Under the pieces are notes generated by a model. The model had not been told where the DNA came from. It made no database searches and worked only from the letters and a program-made list of their open reading frames with translations. Below, one piece after another: positions 31,551 to 40,101 of a DNA stretch of 64,000 nucleotides (its first letter is position 1; every line of letters starts with the position of its first letter). The translations under genes and the position numbers were made by a program. The stretch is from Alphaproteobacteria bacterium (GTDB lineage Bacteria > Pseudomonadota > Alphaproteobacteria > UBA7985 > JAUIBT01): contig JAUIHE010000002.1 in the NCBI GenBank assembly GCA_030432195.1, positions 5,045 through 69,044 on the forward strand, read 5' to 3'.

Positions 31551-32031
31551 TGAACAGGGAGTTAAACAAATGAAATCCGCTATGAAAACCGTTCTTCTTA
31601 CCGCTGTGGCCGTTGTCGGGATCACGGCAGGGGTCGCCCAGGCTGAGGGAGATCTAAGCAGAGCCAACGTCATTACGGTTGACATTGAGTTGGGGCAAAA
31701 TGATGACGGGATGTACATCAAGCCATCGCAGACCAGCTTTGTCACCGGCCAGGCCTACAAGCTGCACATCACCAATACCGATGAATTCAAGCATGAGCTT
31801 GCTTTGAACGCGCTCGGCGAAGCCAGCTTCACCCGCAAGATCGAGATCTTGGATGAGGAGGGTCAGCTGGTGAGCGAAATCAAGGGTGCCATTCGCGAAG
31901 TGGAAGTCGGACCAGGCAAGACGGTCGATTGGTACCTGGTGCCCGTGCAGACGGTTGAAGACGGCGAAATGTCATGCGAGCTGCCGGGCCACCGCGAGGC
32001 AGGCATGCACGAAATGATTACGGTCAACTAA
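31551..32031 (+). CDS. Exported cupredoxin-domain (type 1 copper) protein
   Basis: Signal MKTVLLTAVAVVGITAGVAQA; FKHEL ... SCELPGHREAGMHEMI gives His, Cys, His, Met ligand pattern. Confidence 0.85.
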
Positions 32032-32068
32032 GGTCAAAGAATCTTGGGCAGGTCGAGCCCAATCAAAA

Positions 32069-32097
32069 AAAGGGGAGGCCTCAATGCCTCCCCTTTT
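32069..32097. terminator. Strong bidirectional Rho-independent terminator between cupredoxin gene and paaK
   Basis: AAAAGGGGAGGCCTCAATGCCTCCCCTTTT: perfect GC-rich stem flanked by A and T runs. Confidence 0.9.
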
Positions 32098-32176
32098 GTC
32101 TGCCTAGGCCGACGGACTGGCTTTGCAATGCTGTGCGCCGTAGCGCGTCGCGCTTCCATGCCAGCCGACAAGGCCC

Positions 32177-33556
32177 TCAGCGCTCGTCCAGTACACGCTT
32201 GGCCTTGCCTTCGCTGCGTGCGACGCCGCCAGGATCGCGCACGTCAACCGAAACGCTGATCCCCACCATGGTTTTGATGTTGTTGGCAAGCTCTGCTGCC
32301 GCGCGTTGGCGGTCGTCAGCGCCCTGGGCTTGAGGGTCGCACTCAACCAAGACTTCCATGGCATCCATGGGGCCTTTTTTGTATAGCCGCAGTTGGTAGT
32401 GCGGGCTCAAGGCCGGAATCTTTAGGACCTGTTCTTCAATTTGGGTCGGAAAGACGTTGACGCCGCGAAGAATAATCATGTCATCGCTGCGGCCGGTAAT
32501 CTTGGCCATGCGCCGCATAGAGCGCGCGGTGCCGGGCAGCAAGCGGGTCAAATCGCGGGTGCGATAGCGGATGATGGGCAGGGCTTCCTTGGTCAGCGAA
32601 GTAAAGACCAATTCGCCTTCTTCTCCATCGGGCAGAACTTCGCCGGTTTCGGGATTGATGATCTCAGGCAAGAAATGGTCTTCCCAGATGTGCAGGCCGT
32701 CCTTGGTTTCGACGCACTCGTTTGAAACGCCGGGTCCGATGATTTCGGACAGGCCGAAAATATCGACGGCGTGCATGTCGAAGGTGGTCTCAATTTCTTG
32801 GCGGATGGACTCGGTCCAGGGTTCTGCGCCAAAGATGCCGATTTCCAGCGAGCAGCTGCGCGGATCAATACCCTGACGGCGGAACTCTTCGGCAATCGAC
32901 AGCATGTAGGAGGGCGTGACCATGATGACGCGCGGCTTGAAATCCTGGATCAGCTGGACCTGGCGTGCTGTTTGACCGCCGGACATAGGAATGACGGTGC
33001 AGCCCAGCTTTTCGGCGCCGTAGTGCGCGCCCAGCCCGCCGGTAAACAGGCCATAGCCGTAGGCAATGTGGACGCGATCGCCAGGGCGCACACCGGCGGC
33101 AACCATAGAGCGGGCGACGACTTCGGCCCAGGTATCAAGATCTTTCTTGCTATAGCCGACGACGGTCGGCTTGCCGGTCGTGCCGCTTGAGGCGTGGATA
33201 CGGGCAACTTGCTCCATGGGCAGCGCGAACATGCCAAAAGGATAATTATCGCGCAGATCCGACTTGAGCGTGAAGGGGAACTTTGCCAAATCGGCCAAGC
33301 TTTTTAGGTCGTCAGGATGAACCCCGGCCTCGTCGAACTTTGGCTTATAGAAAGCAGAGTTGTTGTAGGCGTGGCTCAAACTCCAGCGCAGGCGCTCCAG
33401 CTGCACCGCCTCAATCTCGGCGCGCGGGGCCAGCTCAATAGGATTGATAAGGCTGACATCCGGTGACAGCGCATTGCGCACCAGGTTTGCCGCCTGACCG
33501 AAATTTGTCGGCGTTGTGGTTGGCTTGGCGTTCAGCAGTTTGGTGAAGATTTCCAT
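32177..33556 (-). CDS. paaK: Phenylacetate-CoA ligase
   Basis: RIHASSGTTGKPTVVGYSKKDL, WEDHFLPEIINPETGEVLPDGEEGELVFTSLTKEALPIIRYRTRDLTRL. Confidence 0.96.
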   Translation of the reverse strand: MEIFTKLLNAKPTTTPTNFGQAANLVRNALSPDVSLINPIELAPRAEIEAVQLERLRWSLSHAYNNSAFYKPKFDEAGVHPDDLKSLADLAKFPFTLKSDLRDNYPFGMFALPMEQVARIHASSGTTGKPTVVGYSKKDLDTWAEVVARSMVAAGVRPGDRVHIAYGYGLFTGGLGAHYGAEKLGCTVIPMSGGQTARQVQLIQDFKPRVIMVTPSYMLSIAEEFRRQGIDPRSCSLEIGIFGAEPWTESIRQEIETTFDMHAVDIFGLSEIIGPGVSNECVETKDGLHIWEDHFLPEIINPETGEVLPDGEEGELVFTSLTKEALPIIRYRTRDLTRLLPGTARSMRRMAKITGRSDDMIILRGVNVFPTQIEEQVLKIPALSPHYQLRLYKKGPMDAMEVLVECDPQAQGADDRQRAAAELANNIKTMVGISVSVDVRDPGGVARSEGKAKRVLDER

Positions 33557-33588
33557 GTCCCGTTCTCTTTCAGTCTTATGGAGCGACC

Positions 33589-34032
33589 TTAGAGGTCGTC
33601 GTCTTGAATGATTTGGCCCTTGATCTGGCGCGATTGTCCGCGGAATAGGGCGACCAGGTCGCCGGTCTCCTGCACGGTGACCGCAATATCGTAGATTTGA
33701 CTACGCCCTGCGCCGCCCGCTTTGACGGCCTCAGCAATCAGGGTCTGGCCCAGTTGGCCCGGCGCCAAATAGGACATGCTGCCCATCTGGCTAACGGTGG
33801 TTTGATTGCCCGAATTGCAGGCGTGGGCAAAGGCGGTGTCCGCCAAGCTGAAAATCGCGCCGCCGTGGCAGATTTTGTGGCCGTTTAGATGGTTTGGGCC
33901 GACGGTCATCGCCATGACACAACGCTCTGGCGCGGCCTCGACGATGCGCATGTTGAGGGATTGGGAGTAAAGATCGTTGCTGAGCATCGCCTCAGCGACA
34001 CGTTGCGCCAAATCAGCGGACTGTTGGCTCAT
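33589..34032 (-). CDS. paaI: Hydroxyphenylacetyl-CoA thioesterase
   Basis: NGHKICHGGAIFSLADTAFAHACNSGN; adjacent to paaK. Confidence 0.88.
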   Translation of the reverse strand: MSQQSADLAQRVAEAMLSNDLYSQSLNMRIVEAAPERCVMAMTVGPNHLNGHKICHGGAIFSLADTAFAHACNSGNQTTVSQMGSMSYLAPGQLGQTLIAEAVKAGGAGRSQIYDIAVTVQETGDLVALFRGQSRQIKGQIIQDDDL

Positions 34033-34173
34033 TCTGTTTCTTCCTTTCTTGAAGGCATTAGCACCTGTGGTCAGGCGCCGTCCCGCGCCGCCGCCCCGTG
34101 CCGCCGCCTCTAGGCGCGATGCTAACGCGCAGCTCAGCGGCCTAGAAGCTGCTCCGTAGTTTTCCTGACGTTA

Positions 34174-34211
34174 TGTTACGTAAAGCGTCAAAGTCAACAA
34201 CTTTCGTAACA
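34174..34211. promoter_or_regulatory. Inverted repeat with TGTTACG/CGTAACA half-sites upstream of paaI-paaK
   Basis: TGTTACGTAAAGCGTCAAAGTCAACAACTTTCGTAACA; its complement carries TTGACT then TAACGT at 18 bp, matching the layout at the paaA promoter. Confidence 0.7.
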
Positions 34212-34333
34212 TTTCCAGCTTGCACGGTGGACTGCCCCTATTGGCCGCCCCTGTTGGCCGTCCTGCTTGCGTTGAACTTGACCTAGCGCCGGGCAGGGCG
34301 TCAAGTAGCGCGGTCACCCATTTCGGAGCTGTC

Positions 34334-35248
34334 ATGATTCTCGCTGTTTTGCGTCTGGGGCCAGAGATTGGCTTTGCCGCTGCCCTCTTGGCGCTGTTCA
34401 CGCCTGGCTTCGATGCTCAGATCGCGCAAACTATTCCCATATTGCTGCCCTTGCTGACCTTCTTGTCACTGGTGTTGCTGCCGGGAAAATCGGGCGAGGC
34501 GCGATTTCGTTGGTGGCAGCCACTTCTCTTGGTCGTCTGGGGGCAGGGCGTGTTGCCTTGGGTTCTGGTTGGCGGTTTAGCCTTGGCGGGCCTGTCGCGC
34601 GACTGGTTGCTGATTGCCTTGCTGCTAAACTCGGTCAGCAGCGTCTATCTTGTGACCAATTTTGCTATTTATTTGGATCGACGTCCCCGGTTGATGTTGG
34701 CCTTGTTGCTCACAGGCCTCTGCGCGACGCCTTTGTTTTTATTCATTAATGGCAGCCTGTTTTTCCGCTCCTGGGTGGCCATCGACCTGTTGAACTTCGC
34801 CAAGGCCGTCGGGCTGTATTTGCTGGGCCCTATGTTGGCAGCCTGGGCGGTGCGGCGCGGGGGTGTCGCACCCCAACATCGGCCCTATTGGCAGCTCGCG
34901 AGCTTGGCGACGGTGGCGCTAATCGCTTTTGGCCTAGAGGCCGAGGTGAGCGCGGCTCTGGCCCAAGCTGTTGGACAGCAAGATGCCGGTGCCTTGCTGG
35001 CGATTGCTCAAGCGCTGGGCTTTGTGGTGGCGCTGTCGCTTGCGACCTTCTTTTTATCGCGCGCGTTTTTGCGGCTCTGGGGACAGGAGGCCGCCGGTCT
35101 GGTTGCGCTCAGTCACGCGGTGCGAAACGCGGCGATGGTCTATGTGTTGGTGCAAGCCTATCTGCCCCCAAGCTATGGGCTGGTTTTGGGGGTCGTCCAG
35201 ATTCCGATCTATTTTGCCCCCATCGCGTTGAGGCGCATTCGGGCCTGA
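34334..35248 (+). CDS. Multi-pass membrane protein, possible bile acid:Na+ symporter-like transporter
   Basis: ORF 34220-35248 with about ten hydrophobic segments and GLVALSHAVRNAAMVYVLVQAYLPPSYGL; start near 34334 likely. Family assignment tentative. Confidence 0.5.
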   Translation: MILAVLRLGPEIGFAAALLALFTPGFDAQIAQTIPILLPLLTFLSLVLLPGKSGEARFRWWQPLLLVVWGQGVLPWVLVGGLALAGLSRDWLLIALLLNSVSSVYLVTNFAIYLDRRPRLMLALLLTGLCATPLFLFINGSLFFRSWVAIDLLNFAKAVGLYLLGPMLAAWAVRRGGVAPQHRPYWQLASLATVALIAFGLEAEVSAALAQAVGQQDAGALLAIAQALGFVVALSLATFFLSRAFLRLWGQEAAGLVALSHAVRNAAMVYVLVQAYLPPSYGLVLGVVQIPIYFAPIALRRIRA

Positions 35249-35351
35249 CAGTTGGGCGCATACCTTGCCTGCCGTTTTTGGTCGAGCGTGTGCGGTCCTT
35301 GGTGGGCAGGGTGAGGGTGGCGGACCGAGTCGGCTTTGAAGGGCCTGGACG

Positions 35352-35399
35352 ATCGGGCCAGGAAAATCGGGCCAGGAAAATCGGGCCAGGAAAATCGGT
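35352..35399. repeat. Tandem 14 bp repeat (ATCGGGCCAGGAAA), 3.4 copies
   Basis: Read directly, ends 28 bp before the next start codon. Confidence 0.9.
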
Positions 35400-35426
35400 G
35401 CGGGGAAATGAAAGGAAGGTCCAAAA

Positions 35427-37727
35427 ATGACCGCGATAACGCAAAGCCACATGGGGGAAGTTTGGCCGCAAGCTGAACCAGGGCGTGACGGCGCACACTA
35501 TGCCACCCTCCGGTTTTCCCCCGGCACGCCGTGCCAGGTGCGGAGTTTTCAAACCCTAAAGTTTGACATCACCGTGGGCGAGTTCGGTCTGGACGACACC
35601 GGCGCAATCAAGATTGTACAGCGCTGGACCTACGATGGCGGCGCTTTGCAAACCCATGATCCCGGCGCAATGAACTATGTAACCGCCAGGGCCTCGAACG
35701 GCGTGGAAATGGAGCTAGATATCGAGCGCTATCCGCACCAGCGGCCCTGGTACAATGGCCTGCGTGTGACGGTAAAGCGCGGCTATCTCTCGCCGGGTGA
35801 CACCATCCAAGTTCTGTTCGGCGACACCAGCCAAGGTGGGCCCGGGTATCGCCTTCAAACCTTTCCAGAGCGCTATCACGAGTTTCGTTTGCTGGTTGAT
35901 GCCTGCGCAACGGGTGTGTTCTTGCCGGTGGCAAGCTGCGGCTTGGATATTGTGCCAGGCCCGGCGGTACGCTGGGTGCTTGCCGCGCCGACCTTGCGCC
36001 GTCCGGGTGAGCCCTTTGCGCTGGGGCTACGGGCTGAAGATCAGTGGGGCAACGCCTGTATTTTGGAGCCCCACGAGGTTCAGCTCCGCGCGAATGGTCC
36101 TGTGATCGGATTGCCCCAAAAGTTGCGCCTGGAAGCGGGCTCTTTAGGGCAATCCATAGAGAACTTGCGGCTGGAGGGCGAAGGCGAGCGGGTCTTTGAG
36201 CTGTTGGATGCCGCGGGCCAAGTCTTGGCGCGTTCTAACCCCTTGCGGGTCCAGGACGGGCCCTTTTCCGCCTATTGGGGCGACCTGCACGGGCAGAGTG
36301 GGGAGACCGTTGGCATCAATCCGCTGCAAGACTACTTCGAATTTGCCCGCGATGTGGCGTTTTTGGATGTCACCAGCCATCAGGCGAATGATTTTCAAAT
36401 CACCAAAGACTTTTGGCGCGAAATAAATACCCAGTCGGACCGTTTTAACCAAGATGGCCGATTTACCGTTTTTCCAGGCTACGAGTGGTCCGGCAACACC
36501 CCTGTCGGCGGCGATCACAATGTTTTCTTTCGCCATTCGGGCCGTGCCATTCACCGTTCATCACACGCCCTACTGGCTGACCGCAGTGATATTGACAGCG
36601 ATGCACCGACCTTGGAGGCGCTGTTCGAGGCTTTGGCAGACGAGGACTGCGTTCTTTATGCCCACATCGGCGGCCGTCCTGCCGACATTTCCCGCGCCCA
36701 CGATGGGCGGCTGCGTACCGCGGTCGAGCTGCATTCGGATTGGGGCAGCTTTGAATGGCTTATGGCCGACGCTTTTGCCTTGGGTCAGCGTGTCGGCCTG
36801 GTCTGCAACAGCGATGGCCACAAAGGCGCGCCGGGCGCTTGCTATCCTGGCGCCTCCGAATTTGGCGCCTACAGCGGCTTGACCTGCTTCTTGGCCACCG
36901 AATTGAGCCGCGACGGCATCTTTGAGGCCATGCGACGGCGCCATCACTACGGAACGACCGGGTGTCGGATGCAGCTGGCTTTAACAGCACAGCTGGGCGC
37001 GCAAGGTTTGGTTTATCGCCGCGATCCGGCGCTTGGACCGGTGCAAGCAGAGCCTGCGGATCGAGCCATCATGGGGGATATTGTGGCCCGCCCTGGCCCG
37101 CAACTAACCTTGGAAATCAATGTTACCGCGCACGCGCCCTTGCTAAAGGTGCAAGTTCTGAACGGCACACAGATCGTTGCGAACCTGCCGCTCTATGAGG
37201 CCGCAGACCTTGGGGACCGGTTGCGGATAGTCTGCCAAGGTGCGGAATATCGCGGCCGCGGGCGCCAAGTTCATTGGCAGGGGCAGCTTCATTTTGACCT
37301 CGCAGAGATCACCGGGTTTTCCAAGTTCAATGCTTGGAATTTGGAGCGAAATTTTGTCCAGCAAGACCCGCAATCGGTGGCCCTGGATACCATTACGACC
37401 GGAAATTTCAGCGGCTGCGATGTCTGGTTATCGGGCAGCCATGAGGGCAAGTTGAGCATTGATACGCCGCTCGTCCAAGCGCAGTTGGCCTTGGCCGAAT
37501 TGGGGCTTGAAGAGCGCCGCTTGGAGGCTGGCGGACTGGATCGTTGCATTCGGGTTATGCGCCTGCCCGATCATCTCGAAACCTGCGCGCTTCGCCAGAC
37601 CATCAGCCTAGATCTGCACGATCGAGGCGATAATCAAATTTGGCTGCGGGTAGAAACCGAGGACGGCTTTGTTGCTTGGTCGAGCCCGATTTATGTCATT
37701 GACCCTCCAGAAACCCTGTCTGGCTGA
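35427..37727 (+). CDS. DUF3604-like large protein with a PHP-type metal-dependent hydrolase domain
   Basis: YWGDLHGQSGETVG..NPLQDYFEFARDVAFLDVTSHQANDFQI, FPGYEWSGNTPVGGDHNVFF, GLVCNSDGHKGAPG. Confidence 0.8.
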   Translation: MTAITQSHMGEVWPQAEPGRDGAHYATLRFSPGTPCQVRSFQTLKFDITVGEFGLDDTGAIKIVQRWTYDGGALQTHDPGAMNYVTARASNGVEMELDIERYPHQRPWYNGLRVTVKRGYLSPGDTIQVLFGDTSQGGPGYRLQTFPERYHEFRLLVDACATGVFLPVASCGLDIVPGPAVRWVLAAPTLRRPGEPFALGLRAEDQWGNACILEPHEVQLRANGPVIGLPQKLRLEAGSLGQSIENLRLEGEGERVFELLDAAGQVLARSNPLRVQDGPFSAYWGDLHGQSGETVGINPLQDYFEFARDVAFLDVTSHQANDFQITKDFWREINTQSDRFNQDGRFTVFPGYEWSGNTPVGGDHNVFFRHSGRAIHRSSHALLADRSDIDSDAPTLEALFEALADEDCVLYAHIGGRPADISRAHDGRLRTAVELHSDWGSFEWLMADAFALGQRVGLVCNSDGHKGAPGACYPGASEFGAYSGLTCFLATELSRDGIFEAMRRRHHYGTTGCRMQLALTAQLGAQGLVYRRDPALGPVQAEPADRAIMGDIVARPGPQLTLEINVTAHAPLLKVQVLNGTQIVANLPLYEAADLGDRLRIVCQGAEYRGRGRQVHWQGQLHFDLAEITGFSKFNAWNLERNFVQQDPQSVALDTITTGNFSGCDVWLSGSHEGKLSIDTPLVQAQLALAELGLEERRLEAGGLDRCIRVMRLPDHLETCALRQTISLDLHDRGDNQIWLRVETEDGFVAWSSPIYVIDPPETLSG

Positions 37728-37774
37728 GCCTCCGCCTGGCTGACCCCCATCATCGCGAGCGCGAAACGCCCGGC

Positions 37775-38665
37775 CTAGGTCCGTGAGGCCGTCACGGTCT
37801 CTTCAATGGTTTGGGCAATGGTGGCATTAAAGTCCGCATCGCTCTGGTCCAGGCTCAGGCCTTCTGTCAAGGCGCGCGAGAAGCTGGCGATCACACCGGG
37901 GTTGGCCGCCAGACGGCGATTGGACTCGTTGCGCGAATAGCCACCCGACAGAGCCACAACGCGCAGCACGCGCGGATGATCGACCAGCTCTTGATAGAAG
38001 CCGGGCTTTTCGGGCAGAGTCAGCTTGAGAATGATCTCCTGGCCGGGCTGCAAATGGTTGAGCCCGCCACGAATCGCCGCCTTCAATGTCGCTTCACAAT
38101 CGGCCTTGTCCGGGGCCTGAATGTTGACCTCGGGTTCTACAATTGGCACCAGACCGTGCTCCAGAATTTGCCGTGCCAGTTTGCACTGCTGATTGACAAC
38201 CGCGGCAATGCCCGCGGCGTCGTTTTCGTGGATGACAGAGCGCATTTTTGTACCGAAGATCCCAGCCTCAACCGCACGGCCACACAAAGCGTCCAGCTCT
38301 GGCATGGGCTTCAAGATTTGGGCGCCGTCTTGGATCTCTTCCAGGCCCTTATCCACCTTCAGAAACGGCACGACGCGGCGTTGCTCCCACAAGTATTTGG
38401 GCACCGGCATGCCCTCGACGCTGCCGTCCATGGTGCGCTCAAACAAAATGGCACCAATGACTTGATCGCCGGTGAAAGCGGGCGCGGTCATGATCCGGGC
38501 GCGCATCTGGTGGATCAAGGCAAACATCTCATCATCGTTGGCATAGTCTTGTGGCTGAATGCCATAGGCTGCCAGGGCCTTCGGTGTTGAGCCGCCGCTC
38601 TGGTCTAGAGCGGCGATCATGCCTTGGCCTTCGTTGATTTGCTTGCGCTGTTCTTGGTTGATCAT
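37775..38665 (-). CDS. Class I fructose-bisphosphate aldolase
   Basis: GMIAALDQSGGSTPKALAAYGI, IVEPEVNI, ILKLTLPE, RVVALSGGYSRNESNRRLAANPGVIASFSRAL. Confidence 0.92.
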   Translation of the reverse strand: MINQEQRKQINEGQGMIAALDQSGGSTPKALAAYGIQPQDYANDDEMFALIHQMRARIMTAPAFTGDQVIGAILFERTMDGSVEGMPVPKYLWEQRRVVPFLKVDKGLEEIQDGAQILKPMPELDALCGRAVEAGIFGTKMRSVIHENDAAGIAAVVNQQCKLARQILEHGLVPIVEPEVNIQAPDKADCEATLKAAIRGGLNHLQPGQEIILKLTLPEKPGFYQELVDHPRVLRVVALSGGYSRNESNRRLAANPGVIASFSRALTEGLSLDQSDADFNATIAQTIEETVTASRT

Positions 38666-38907
38666 TGCTTTTGTTGTCCCCTAGGGTGTCGCTGCCTATG
38701 TACGCCGTCGCCGCATTGTGTATTGATCGGCGATATTTGGCGCGGATAGTGCATGAAATGGGACGCCAAGACCAGAGACCAGCGGTCGCAAAGCGCTGAA
38801 GCAAACACCTGTTGTTGCTGTTTTAACATTTGGCGCGCGAATGCGGCCTTGGGCGGCGTGCTTGGGTTGTTGGTCTTCGCGTTTTTGTGGCTGGGACCCT
38901 ATCAGGA

Positions 38908-40074
38908 CTAGCGCTTTAGCCAAGTCCATCGCGGTCTGTCCGCATCTTGGATTTGTGTTTCACCCCAGCGCTTTTCGAGGCTGAGCGTGCGCACGTCTGG
39001 CTCCGCGATCAGGGCGTCGATCAAGGGTTCGGCGTGGCTTACGACGATGACTTGCGTCGTCGATGCGGCGTGCCGGATCAAGCGCGCAAGGGCGGGCAAC
39101 AGGCTGGGATTGAGGCTGGTCTCGGGCTCGTTCAGGACCAAGAGGCGCGGCGGGCGTGGCGACAAAAGCGCGGCCGCCAACATCAGATACCGAAGCGTGC
39201 CGTCAGAAACTTCTGAGGCGGTTAGGGGGCGCAACAGACCCTTTTGATGAACGGCGCACTCGAACCAACCGTCGCGGCTCGAAACACTGATTTGCGTGCC
39301 GGGGAAGGCATCGTCGATGGTCTCGGCCAAAGCATCCGGGTCGCCGATCTCCATGATGGTTTGCAGCGCCGCGGCCAAGTTGGCGCCGTCGCTGGCCAGC
39401 ACAGGCGCGCGGGTGCCGATTTGGGCCTGGCGGGCAGGGGCGTGCTGATCGCTGCGCAAGGCATCGTAAAACCGCCATGCCCGCATGGCTTCGCGCAGAT
39501 TGAGCAGCTCATACGCCGCCTTGGGGTGGGCGGCATGGGTCATCATGCTATCGTAGTCCGCAAGGCGTGTGTGGACCACCTGATCCTCGCCCATGGCCCC
39601 GCTGTCAGGATCGCGTAGCGTGACTGCCGGGCCGCGCCGCTCGGCGAGCGTTGTACGCGGGTTGAGCTGCTCGCCGATCCAAACTGCCTCTGTTTTTATC
39701 AGCGGGTCGCGCGCAAAGGCGCTGCGCCCTTCGGTCGGCAGGCCAAGATCAATGGCATACCCATAGTCCTGGCTGGCGAAACCCAGTTTGAGGGCAACGC
39801 GCTGGCGCCGTTGGGTGCCTTGCAAGGGGTAATCGCCGCGCTGGACGGCGGCGCTGGGCGCTTCTGGCCCCGCCCACAGCGTGGACGACAGGCCCCCTTC
39901 TTGGGCTAGGGCTGCGATAACGCGCCCTTGAGCCACTTCGCCCAACAATCGCAGAGCGCGATAGAGGTTTGATTTCCCGCTTCCGTTTGGACCCGTAATC
40001 AGCGTCAAGCGGTCCAGAGGCAAGACCAAATCGCGCAGACTTCGATAGCCAGAAACAGCAAGCGTAATCAGCAT
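38908..40074 (-). CDS. Solo AAA/RecF-like ATPase
   Basis: LTLITGPNGSGKSNLYRALRLLG Walker A, LLVLNEPETSLNPSLLPAL Walker B, QVIVVSHAEPLIDAL; no TOPRIM domain, no partner gene. Confidence 0.85.
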   Translation of the reverse strand: MLITLAVSGYRSLRDLVLPLDRLTLITGPNGSGKSNLYRALRLLGEVAQGRVIAALAQEGGLSSTLWAGPEAPSAAVQRGDYPLQGTQRRQRVALKLGFASQDYGYAIDLGLPTEGRSAFARDPLIKTEAVWIGEQLNPRTTLAERRGPAVTLRDPDSGAMGEDQVVHTRLADYDSMMTHAAHPKAAYELLNLREAMRAWRFYDALRSDQHAPARQAQIGTRAPVLASDGANLAAALQTIMEIGDPDALAETIDDAFPGTQISVSSRDGWFECAVHQKGLLRPLTASEVSDGTLRYLMLAAALLSPRPPRLLVLNEPETSLNPSLLPALARLIRHAASTTQVIVVSHAEPLIDALIAEPDVRTLSLEKRWGETQIQDADRPRWTWLKR

Positions 40075-40101
40075 CTTAAGCTCGGCGGGGCGGGGCTTGG
40101 A

